From: a virus
Taxonomy: Duplodnaviria > Heunggongvirae > Uroviricota > Caudoviricetes
Reading direction: 5' to 3' (one strand)
IMG/VR virus record: IMGVR_UViG_2690316161_000021
Location: 1-32,930 of that record
DNA: 32,930 nucleotides
Position numbers and translations under genes: made by a program
Notes under the pieces: model-generated
The model's database searches: none
What the model was told of the DNA's origin: nothing
The model's input: only the letters and a program-made list of their open reading frames with translations
Shown: positions 25,487 to 32,930 of the stretch, piece after piece
Position numbering within the stretch: position 1 is the stretch's first letter
Layout: each line of letters begins with the position of its first letter

Positions 25487-26164
25487 ATGTCCATCATTTT
25501 TAATGGACACTATCGTATGAAACACCGGACCTGGATCACTGAAGCTTTACGTCTTCACTTTGAAGAACATTTACCCCGGGTTGTGGCCGGGCGTCGCCTG
25601 GGTGTACCAAAATCAACAGTTTGTAGTATGTTCGTGCGCTTTCGGAGAGCTGGCCTTTCGTGGCCTTTGCCCGCAGGCATGTCGGAGCAGGAACTTGATG
25701 CCTGCCTTTACGGACAATTTTCCACGGTACCAGTCGTACGTCCTGAAAGCACCGTTATATCCGAAGCCCCCGTGGTAAAAAAACGTCCCCGGCGGCCCAA
25801 CTTCCCTTATGAGTTTAAAATCGCCTTAGTGGAGCAGTCACTGCAGCCCGGAGCCTGTGTGGCGCAGATCGCCCGGGAAAACGGAATCAACGATAACCTG
25901 CTCTTCAACTGGCGCCATCAATACCGGAAAGGTGGCCTGCTGCCTTCCGGAAAAAATATGCCGGCACTGCTTCCCGTGACGTTAACGCCGGAGCCGGATA
26001 ATAAAATCCCGGCCCCCGCACAGGAACCAGAGCAGATAAATACACCGTCCGACAGTCTGTGTTGTGAGCTGGTTCTGCCGGCCGGAACTCTCAGGCTTAA
26101 AGGTAAACTGACGCCGGCGTTATTACAGACACTTATCCGCGAAATAAAAGGGAGCAGCCACTGA
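25487..26164 (+). CDS. tnpA: IS66-family accessory protein TnpA (orf1)
   Basis: First ORF of the element, ATGA-coupled to tnpB; start codon uncertain. Confidence 0.6.
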   Translation: MSIIFNGHYRMKHRTWITEALRLHFEEHLPRVVAGRRLGVPKSTVCSMFVRFRRAGLSWPLPAGMSEQELDACLYGQFSTVPVVRPESTVISEAPVVKKRPRRPNFPYEFKIALVEQSLQPGACVAQIARENGINDNLLFNWRHQYRKGGLLPSGKNMPALLPVTLTPEPDNKIPAPAQEPEQINTPSDSLCCELVLPAGTLRLKGKLTPALLQTLIREIKGSSH

Positions 26165-26511
26165 TGATATCTCTCCCTGCAGGTTCGCGTATCTGGCTGG
26201 TTGCAGGTATCACCGATATGCGAAATGGCTTTAACGGCCTGGCATCAAAAGTTCAGAACGTCCTGAAGGATGACCCGTTCTCCGGACACCTGTTCATCTT
26301 CCGCGGACGCCGGGGTGACCAGATAAAAGTGTTGTGGGCTGACAGTGACGGACTGTGCCTCTTCACCAAACGCCTGGAGCGGGGCCGCTTCGTCTGGCCA
26401 GTCACCCGTGACGGCAAGGTGCACCTTACTCCGGCTCAGTTATCCATGCTTCTTGAAGGTATCAACTGGAAGCACCCGAAACGAACGGAACGCGCTGGAA
26501 TCCGCATATAA
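26164..26511 (+). CDS. tnpB: IS66-family TnpB (orf2)
   Basis: 115 aa, typical size and position for IS66 orf2. Confidence 0.8.
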   Translation: MISLPAGSRIWLVAGITDMRNGFNGLASKVQNVLKDDPFSGHLFIFRGRRGDQIKVLWADSDGLCLFTKRLERGRFVWPVTRDGKVHLTPAQLSMLLEGINWKHPKRTERAGIRI

Positions 26512-26530
26512 CCCGTTGTAAAGTGAGGAT

Positions 26531-28102
26531 ATGGACACCTCACTTGCTCATGAGAACGCCCGCCTGCGGGCACTGTTGCAGACGCAACAGGACACCATCC
26601 GCCAGATGGCTGAATACAACCGCCTGCTCTCACAGCGGGTGGCGGCTTATGCTTCCGAAATCAACCGGCTGAAGGCGCTGGTTGCGAAACTGCAACGTAT
26701 GCAGTTCGGTAAAAGCTCAGAAAAACTTCGTGCAAAAACCGAACGGCAGATACAGGAAGCACAGGAGCGAATCAGCGCACTTCAGGAAGAAATGGCGGAA
26801 ACGCTGGGTGAGCAATATGACCCGGTACTGCCATCCGCCCTGCGCCAGTCTTCAGCCCGTAAACCGTTACCGGCCTCACTTCCCCGTGAAACCCGGGTTA
26901 TCCGGCCGGAAGAGGAATGCTGTCCTGCCTGTGGTGGTGAACTCAGTTCTCTGGGATGTGATGTGTCAGAGCAACTGGAGCTTATCAGCAGCGCCTTTAA
27001 GGTTATCGAAACACAACGTCCGAAACAGGCCTGTTGCCGGTGCGACCATATCGTGCAGGCACCAGTACCTTCAAAACCCATTGCACGCAGTTATGCCGGA
27101 GCGGGGCTTCTGGCCCATGTTGTCACCGGGAAATATGCAGACCATCTGCCGTTATACCGCCAGTCAGAAATATACCGTCGTCAGGGAGTGGAGCTGAGCC
27201 GTGCCACACTGGGGCGCTGGACAGGTGCTGTTGCTGAACTGCTGGAGCCGCTGTATGACGTCCTGCGCCAGTATGTGCTGATGCCCGGTAAAGTCCATGC
27301 TGATGATATCCCCGTCCCGGTCCAGGAGCCGGGCAGCGGTAAAACCCGGACAGCCCGGCTGTGGGTCTACGTCCGTGATGACCGTAACGCCGGTTCACAG
27401 ATGCCCCCGGCGGTCTGGTTCGCGTACAGTCCGGACCGGAAAGGTATCCATCCACAAAATCACCTGGCCGGTTACAGCGGTGTGCTTCAGGCCGATGCTT
27501 ACGGTGGTTACCGGGCGTTATACGAATCCGGCAGAATAACGGAAGTCGCGTGTATGGCTCATGCCCGGAGAAAAATCCACGATGTGCATGCAAGAGCGCC
27601 CACCTACATCACCACGGAAGCCCTGCAGCGTATCGGTGAACTGTATGCCATCGAGGCAGAGGTCCGGGGCTGTTCAGCAGAACAGCGTCTGGCGGCAAGA
27701 AAAGCCAGAGCCGCGCCACTGATGCAGTCACTGTATGACTGGATACAGCAACAGATGAAAACACTGTCGCGTCACTCAGATACGGCAAAAGCGTTCGCAT
27801 ACCTGCTGAAACAGTGGGATGCACTGAACGTGTACTGCAGTAATGGCTGGGTGGAAATCGACAACAACATCGCAGAGAACGCCTTACGGGGAGTGGCCGT
27901 AGGCCGGAAAAACTGGATGTTCGCGGGTTCCGACAGCGGTGGTGAACATGCGGCGGTGTTGTACTCGCTGATCGGCACATGCCGTCTGAACAATGTGGAG
28001 CCAGAAAAGTGGCTGCGTTACGTCATTGAACATATCCAGGACTGGCCGGCAAACCGGGTACGCGATCTGTTGCCCTGGAAAGTTGATCTGAGCTCTCAGT
28101 AA
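26531..28102 (+). CDS. tnpC: IS66-family transposase TnpC
   Basis: 523 aa with N-terminal leucine-zipper-like region, a CxxC...CxxC zinc motif and a DDE-type core; ends 30 bp before the right IR. Confidence 0.85.
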   Translation: MDTSLAHENARLRALLQTQQDTIRQMAEYNRLLSQRVAAYASEINRLKALVAKLQRMQFGKSSEKLRAKTERQIQEAQERISALQEEMAETLGEQYDPVLPSALRQSSARKPLPASLPRETRVIRPEEECCPACGGELSSLGCDVSEQLELISSAFKVIETQRPKQACCRCDHIVQAPVPSKPIARSYAGAGLLAHVVTGKYADHLPLYRQSEIYRRQGVELSRATLGRWTGAVAELLEPLYDVLRQYVLMPGKVHADDIPVPVQEPGSGKTRTARLWVYVRDDRNAGSQMPPAVWFAYSPDRKGIHPQNHLAGYSGVLQADAYGGYRALYESGRITEVACMAHARRKIHDVHARAPTYITTEALQRIGELYAIEAEVRGCSAEQRLAARKARAAPLMQSLYDWIQQQMKTLSRHSDTAKAFAYLLKQWDALNVYCSNGWVEIDNNIAENALRGVAVGRKNWMFAGSDSGGEHAAVLYSLIGTCRLNNVEPEKWLRYVIEHIQDWPANRVRDLLPWKVDLSSQ

Positions 28103-28132
28103 ATATCAATACGGTTCTGACGAGTCGCTTAC

Positions 28133-30216
28133 GGAGCGATGCCGCCAGTGGGCAGGCATTTCTTGCAATGGCTGGTTTTACTCCGCAGGCCATTCAGGCT
28201 GCGCTTCCCGGCGTGCTGAGCATGGCAACGGCTGGCGGTATGGATCTCGGCGAGACGGCGGATATTGGCTCAAATATCCTGACGCAGTTCGGCCTTTCTG
28301 CTGACCAGATGGACCGGGTCGGTGACACACTTACCGCAGCGTTTACCCGTACCAACACTGACCTTCGCGCACTGGGTGAAACCATGAAATATGCAGGTCC
28401 GGTGGCGGGCAAGCTGGGAATATCGCTGGAGCAGGCCGCAGCGATGGCGGGCGTACTGGCGAATATGGGTATCAGGGGAAGTGATGCCGGGACGGCAATG
28501 CGTGCCAGCCTGGCTCGTCTGGCATCACCGCCAAAGGCGGCGGCAGAAGCTCTGAAAGAGCTGGGCGTGTCCGTCTCTGATGCGAACGGCAAAATGCGCC
28601 CGATGGAGGATTTGCTGGCCGACCTTTATAAAGCCACCCGCAAATACGGGGAAGTTGACCGGGTATCGTTCTTTAAGGACATTGCCGGAGAAGAGGCTTT
28701 CACATCATTTATGGCCCTCGTTGATGCGGCAGGTGACGGCTCCTTACCTAAACTGAGAAAAGAACTTGAAGGCGCGCGCGGTGAGGCTGAGCGCACGGCA
28801 AAGGTTATGGCCAACAACCTTGACGGCGATCTGAAATCACTCGGCAGTGCATGGGAAGGGTTGCGCATCCGCATTGCAGATCTGATTGACGGTCCGCTGC
28901 GTTCTGTCACGCAGTGGCTAACGCGGGTGGTCTCAAAGGTGACGGCACTGGCGCAGGCCCATCCTGTACTGACGCGCCAGCTACTGATTGCAGGCGGTGC
29001 GCTGCTGGCAGTGACTGCAACCGTAGGCTCGTTGTCGCTTGCTCTTGGTGTGCTTGCTGGCCCACTGGCAAAACTGCGTCTTGGTTTTTCCCTCCTGACC
29101 GGATCAATGAATGCTGTCAGGCTCCTGCCAGCACTATGGGGAATGGTGACGGGTTCCGTTTCTTTGCTGGGGGGTGCTATCGGGGCGCTGTTCAGTCCGG
29201 TTGGTCTTATCGTGGCTGCGCTTGCCGGAGCTGCCGTTCTTATCTGGAAATACTGGGATCCCATCAGGGCATTTTTTGCCGGGGTGTTCAGCGGGATTAT
29301 GGAAAGGCTGGCCCCGTTGCGCGAAACCTTTGAACGGTTTGGTCCTGTTTTTGACGCAATCGGAAGCGGGATCAGCCAGGTGTTTAACTGGTTTAAATCG
29401 CTGCTGTCACCGATGGAGTCCAGCAAGGAAACGCTGGATAAATGTACCAGTGCTGGCGAGATATTCGGTAACGTTCTTGGCGGTGCGTTACAACTTGTTC
29501 TGACGCCTGCAAAAATGCTACTGGATACGCTGGCGTGGATACTTGAAAAACTTGGCGTCCTTCCGGATGAAGCGGAAAGGGCGCGCAAGAAAATCGAAGA
29601 CGCACAGCGTGCGGCCATTCTTCAGGACAAGGTTGCCTTGCTTCAGGGGGACCTGGCGAAAATCAATCCGCCGAAGCCTGTGGAAAATGGCAATGGCACC
29701 GGAGGTGATAAACCCAAAGACAACAAACCGCTCACAGACAGCAATACCGGTACGCTACGCAGACTCAGCAAAATTGCTGATAACACAGGTAAGCTGGTTG
29801 ATGAGACGAAAAAACGCATTGGCCCCGGCGATATTGTCTTTAAGAACCTGCCCCGCGCACTTGCTGTTCGTGGGGAGTGGCAGGAGCGGAAGATTGCGCA
29901 GGTCAGTAAGCCTGCTTCCGCAATCAACATCACACCCGTGGTCCCGACTCCTCTGCCTCCGGCGCTGGTCCCTGTTGTTGCGGCCAGCTCCCGCCCGGTG
30001 GCGGAGGCCATACGATCGCCAGTGGCATCAGTTCCTGCAACTTCCCGTAACCGGGAGCCTGTTGTCTCCGGATTTGGCGGTGAAATTCATGTTCATCTGC
30101 ATAACGTTGTTACGCAGAATCCCCGCGAACTGGCGAAACTGGTCGGTGAAATGGTCAGGGCAGAATTGGAACGACGCGACCGTGCCGGACGTGGCAGTTT
30201 TTACGATAAAGATTGA
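28133..30216 (+). pseudogene. T: Tail tape measure protein (P2 gpT-like), 5'-truncated at the IS66 boundary
   Basis: The reading frame is open from the first base after the IS; 682 codons from the first ATG at 28168; Ala/Gly-rich with hydrophobic central segments; followed by gpU. Confidence 0.75.
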
Positions 30217-30222
30217 GGAGTC

Positions 30223-30717
30223 ATGGCCATGATGATGATCTACGGCATGTTTGTTTTTGAGCTGCGCACATTGCCGCATCAGCAGTTACAGCAAAATAAA
30301 AGCTGGCGGCATGTGAAAAATGAACGCGTTAACCGTTCAGCAAGCTGGCAGTATATCGGGGCAGGCGATGATCGCATCGTGCTTTCTGGTGTGCTTTATC
30401 CTGAAATCACAGGTGGCGAAGTGTCGCTGTCGCTGCTGACCACGCAGGCGTATACAGGACGCCCCTGGCCTCTGATTGATGGCGTCGGACAGATTTACGG
30501 CATGTATGTACTGACTGAAACGAATACGACCCGCTCCGAGTTTGATCGCTACGGTAAGGCGAAAAAGATAGAATTTTCACTGACTCTTGAACGCTGTGAT
30601 GAGGATTTGCGGGAGCGCCTGCAATCCTCATCGTTCAGTGATATGCTGTCCGGCTTCAAAGATAAGGTCACATCATCCCTTAACAGCGCGGCCAGCTCCG
30701 TTAAAGGGCTGTTTTGA
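30223..30717 (+). CDS. U: Tail protein (P2 gpU-like)
   Basis: 164 aa; N-terminal MMMIYGMFVFELRT pattern and position after T. Confidence 0.75.
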   Translation: MAMMMIYGMFVFELRTLPHQQLQQNKSWRHVKNERVNRSASWQYIGAGDDRIVLSGVLYPEITGGEVSLSLLTTQAYTGRPWPLIDGVGQIYGMYVLTETNTTRSEFDRYGKAKKIEFSLTLERCDEDLRERLQSSSFSDMLSGFKDKVTSSLNSAASSVKGLF

Positions 30718-30724
30718 TTAACGC

Positions 30725-30758
30725 AAAACCGCTAATGGTCAGATTAGCGGTTTTCATT
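30725..30758. terminator. Bidirectional intrinsic terminator between convergent U and the invertase gene
   Basis: 8-bp stem CCGCTAAT/ATTAGCGG with 6-nt loop, flanked by an A-run upstream and a T-run downstream. Confidence 0.6.
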
Positions 30759-31343
30759 TTCCTGAATCTGCCTGATTGTTTCTTCAGCCTGTATATCGCC
30801 TACAGGGTGATAACGATAAATCGTCGATATGCCGATGTCGTAAATGATCGCCAGTTGTTTCCTGTCATGACCGTTTTTAATCAGCCTCGCTATTTGCTCG
30901 TGTTGTTCTTTTGTCAACTTCGGGCGACGTCCGCCAATGCGTCCTTGTGCGCGTGCTGCTGCCAGCCCGGCCAGTGTACGCTCTACAATTAATTCACGTT
31001 CCATTTCGGCTAAAGCTCCCATGACGTGAAAAAAGAAACGCCCCATGGGTGTTGATGTGTCAATGCTGTCCGTCAGACTACGGAAATTAACACCTTTTTC
31101 CCGCAATTCCTCAATAAGCGTGATCAGGTGTTTCATACTTCTGCCCAGTCTGTCCAGCTTCCAGACAACCAGCGTATCTCCTTCTGATAGCGTTCTGAGC
31201 AGTTTTTTCAATCCCGGTCTGGCTGATTTCGTTCCGCTGATTTTATCTTCAAAAATCAGTTCACATCCTGCGCACTCCAGCGCGTTACGCTGCAATTCTG
31301 TATTCTGGTCATTTGTTGATACGCGGACATAGCCAATAAGCAT
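30744..31343 (-). CDS. pin: Serine recombinase, DNA invertase of the Gin/Hin/Pin family
   Basis: 199 aa; N-terminal MLIGYVRVSTNDQNTELQ with catalytic serine and a C-terminal HTH; very similar to e14 Pin as recalled. Confidence 0.9.
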   Translation of the reverse strand: MLIGYVRVSTNDQNTELQRNALECAGCELIFEDKISGTKSARPGLKKLLRTLSEGDTLVVWKLDRLGRSMKHLITLIEELREKGVNFRSLTDSIDTSTPMGRFFFHVMGALAEMERELIVERTLAGLAAARAQGRIGGRRPKLTKEQHEQIARLIKNGHDRKQLAIIYDIGISTIYRYHPVGDIQAEETIRQIQENENR

Positions 31344-31370
31344 GATGGATCCCCTGAATAAAAACCGGGG

Positions 31371-31892
31371 ATGATGCCAGTTAGCCGTAATCTCTGCATT
31401 TTCTTAAACGTTGGTTTGGGAGAAGGCTCTGCATTACCTGTTGGTGTGCCTGTTCCATGGCCTTCAGCCACACCGCCAACAGGCTGGCTGAAATGCAACG
31501 GTGCGGCTTTTTCTGCTGAAGAATACCCGGAACTGGCAAAGGCTTATCCGACAAATAAATTACCTGATTTACGTGGTGAGTTTATTCGTGGCTGGGATGA
31601 CGGGCGCGGTATTGATGCAGGACGTGTTTTATTGAGCATTCAGACAGGGATGCTGGAAAAACACCGCCATATTGTTGTTGCCAATGATGGTTACGACACA
31701 AAAGATGAATGGGAACTGGCTACGATTTTCAAAAAGACATACACACAAGGACGTGGACTTGATGCCACAAATACAGGAGGGAGTCTGATCCCATCACCGA
31801 CACTTCATTCACGAGGGAGTATCGGTAATACTGGCGGGAGTGAAACCCGTCCACGAAATATTGCATTTAACTATATCGTGAGGGCTGCATAA
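31371..31892 (+). CDS. Alternative tail-fibre C-terminal (variable) segment with tail-collar-like motifs; not a free-standing gene
   Basis: The frame begins at the crossover site (GLGEG matches GLGEA in H); contains LPDLRGEFIRGWDDGRGID and a C-terminal NYIVRAA typical of phage tail-fibre tips; the ORF ATG at 31371 is probably fortuitous. Confidence 0.6.
   Translation: MMPVSRNLCIFLNVGLGEGSALPVGVPVPWPSATPPTGWLKCNGAAFSAEEYPELAKAYPTNKLPDLRGEFIRGWDDGRGIDAGRVLLSIQTGMLEKHRHIVVANDGYDTKDEWELATIFKKTYTQGRGLDATNTGGSLIPSPTLHSRGSIGNTGGSETRPRNIAFNYIVRAA
31399..31424 (+). other. Candidate invertase crossover site (TTTTCTTAAACG TT GGTTTGGGAGAA)
   Basis: Shares its 3' 15 bp with the site inside H; lies between the invertase gene and the alternative tail-fibre tip. 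Confidence 0.55.
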
Positions 31893-32494
31893 TGGATAAC
31901 GCCGTATTAAATAGCGAGCTTATTGCCACGAAGGCGGGGAATATTACCGTCTATAACTATGATGGTAAAACTCGGGAATATATTTCTACTTCAAATGAAT
32001 ATCTTGCCATTGGTGTCGGTATCCCTGCATATTCCTGTCTGGATGAACCTGGTATACATAAGGCGGGTTATGCTATCTGCCGTTCGATGGATTTAAACTC
32101 ATGGGAATATGTGCCAGACCATCGCGGTGAAATCGTCTATAACACCGAAACGGGAGACGCCAAAGAAATCACAGCTCCGGGTGATTATCCTGAAAATACA
32201 ACCACTATCGCCCCGTTAACGCCATTCGATAAATGGGATGGTAAGAAATGGGTGACCGATACTGAGGCACAACACGGTGCCGCAGTAGAAGCGGCAGAAG
32301 CACAGCGCCAGTCACTGATTGATGCAGCAATGGCTTCCATCAGTCTGATTCAACTGAAATTGCAGGCCGGACGTAAACCGACGCAGGCAGAAACAACCAG
32401 ACTTAACGCTGTGCTGGATTACATTGACGCGGTGACGGCAACAGATACCAGCACCGCGCCGGATGTCATCTGGCCTGAACTGCCGGAGGCGTAG
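31892..32494 (+). CDS. Tail fibre assembly chaperone (Tfa) paired with the alternative tip
   Basis: 200 aa; C-terminal ...LDYIDAVTATDTSTAPDVIWPELPEA is homologous to the C-terminus of the split G gene; converges with the G 3' fragment. Confidence 0.7.
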   Translation: MDNAVLNSELIATKAGNITVYNYDGKTREYISTSNEYLAIGVGIPAYSCLDEPGIHKAGYAICRSMDLNSWEYVPDHRGEIVYNTETGDAKEITAPGDYPENTTTIAPLTPFDKWDGKKWVTDTEAQHGAAVEAAEAQRQSLIDAAMASISLIQLKLQAGRKPTQAETTRLNAVLDYIDAVTATDTSTAPDVIWPELPEA

Positions 32495-32816
32495 GCCATT
32501 CAATATCTGGCGCACTGGAGGTATCAACCAGCTCCAGTGCCTCCAGATAATCCAGCCACAAATTATATTGCGCCAGTTCCTCACCTTTCAGACGACCAAT
32601 AGCGGCTTTACCGGGCCATTGTTTACTGTTCATGTATTCGTTGGCCTGGTTAATCAATAATTGCCTCTCTGATTCGGCCTGTTCAATAAGTTCCTCATGT
32701 GATGGTGGAGGTATTTCAGCCCATGTGGGAAAACCATTTTCCCCTGCAACTCGGATTTTCCCTTGTGGCGGTTCCGCCATATATTTTACAGAAATGTCAT
32801 CAGGAATATCTAATGC
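32466..32816 (-). pseudogene. G: 3' fragment of the split tail fibre assembly gene G
   Basis: Minus-strand frame reads ALDIPDDISVKYMAEPPQGK...DIEWPTPPAVQAR; joined to the 25333-25433 fragment across the shared 8-mer it gives an intact Tfa of about 147 aa. Confidence 0.8.
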
Positions 32817-32930
32817 GTAAGCGACTCGTCAGAACCGTATTGATATTTACTGAGAGCTCAGATCAACTTTCCAGGGCAACAGATCGCGTACCCGGTTTGC
32901 CGGCCAGTCCTGGATATGTTCAATGACGTA
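32817..32930 (-). mobile_element. IS66-family element, copy 2 (partial, inverted; right IR plus tnpC 3' end)
   Basis: 32817-32930 is the exact reverse complement of 28019-28132 (the tnpC 3' end and right IR of copy 1). Confidence 0.9.

Larger units (their letters stand above)
25434..28132 (+). mobile_element. IS66-family insertion sequence, copy 1 (2699 bp, three ORFs)
   Basis: Imperfect terminal inverted repeats beginning GTAA (left GTAACCGGCTCATTTAAACCGT; right, reverse-complemented, GTAAGCGACTCGTCAGAACCGT) enclosing tnpA, tnpB and tnpC. Confidence 0.85.
1039..32930. mobile_element. P2-family prophage (int, C, cox-like, A, cos, Q P O N M L, lysis, X R S V W J I H), rearranged by IS66; right end outside window
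   Basis: Gene order, sizes and conserved N-terminal motifs match the P2/186 layout. The left boundary (attL) is not resolved and lies somewhere between 981 and about 1175. Confidence 0.85.

Noticed and set aside
25434-28167. First reading of IS66 copy 1 as a simple insertion with adjacent deletion of G through the tape-measure N-terminus
   Set aside because: Copy 1 has unrelated left and right flanks, but its left flank matches the inner flank of copy 2 in reverse complement, which indicates inversion between inverted IS copies; the missing tail genes may lie beyond the window.
28626-29618. 330-aa minus-strand ORF antisense to the tape measure gene
   Set aside because: Shadow frame of the Ala/Gly-rich tape measure coding sequence; Ser/Ala/Pro-rich low-complexity product.
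32466-32780. First reading of the 104-aa minus-strand ORF as the alternate chaperone (U') of an intact invertible segment
   Set aside because: Its frame continues upstream to the IS66 boundary and joins seamlessly, across the shared 8-bp target duplication, to the 34-codon fragment at 25333; it is the 3' half of the split G gene.
1-32930. tRNA genes, rRNA genes or CRISPR arrays
   Set aside because: No tRNA-like cloverleaf region next to int, no rRNA-like conserved blocks, and no regularly spaced direct repeats with unique spacers were seen; repeats found are operator, hairpin, coding tandem or IS-derived.

Overview
The window holds a complete chromosomal btuC (vitamin B12 ABC permease, minus strand, 1-981) followed by a P2-family prophage that runs off the right edge. 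All calls are from reading the sequence and recalled family knowledge; no database search was run. Prophage order: an AT-rich two-gene cargo operon coupled to the integrase, then int, a P2 C-type repressor with operator repeats, a divergent early operon ending in a long rolling-circle replication protein A, a cargo hotspot, a cos region, and capsid genes Q P O N M L. These are followed by lysis genes (holin, M15-peptidase endolysin, overlapping spanins) and tail/baseplate genes X R S V W J I H. The tail end is rearranged: two inverted IS66-family copies flank a segment (28133-32816) that appears inverted, splitting the tail-fibre assembly gene G, whose two halves abut the IS copies with the same 8-bp target duplication. 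The inverted segment carries a truncated tape measure, gpU, a Pin/Gin-type invertase and an alternative tail-fibre tip plus chaperone. The most interesting candidates are a ParM/ParR-like actin-type module and a promoter-leader-gene-terminator moron in the A-to-cos hotspot, and the integrase-coupled cargo pair. No tRNA, rRNA or CRISPR array was seen.
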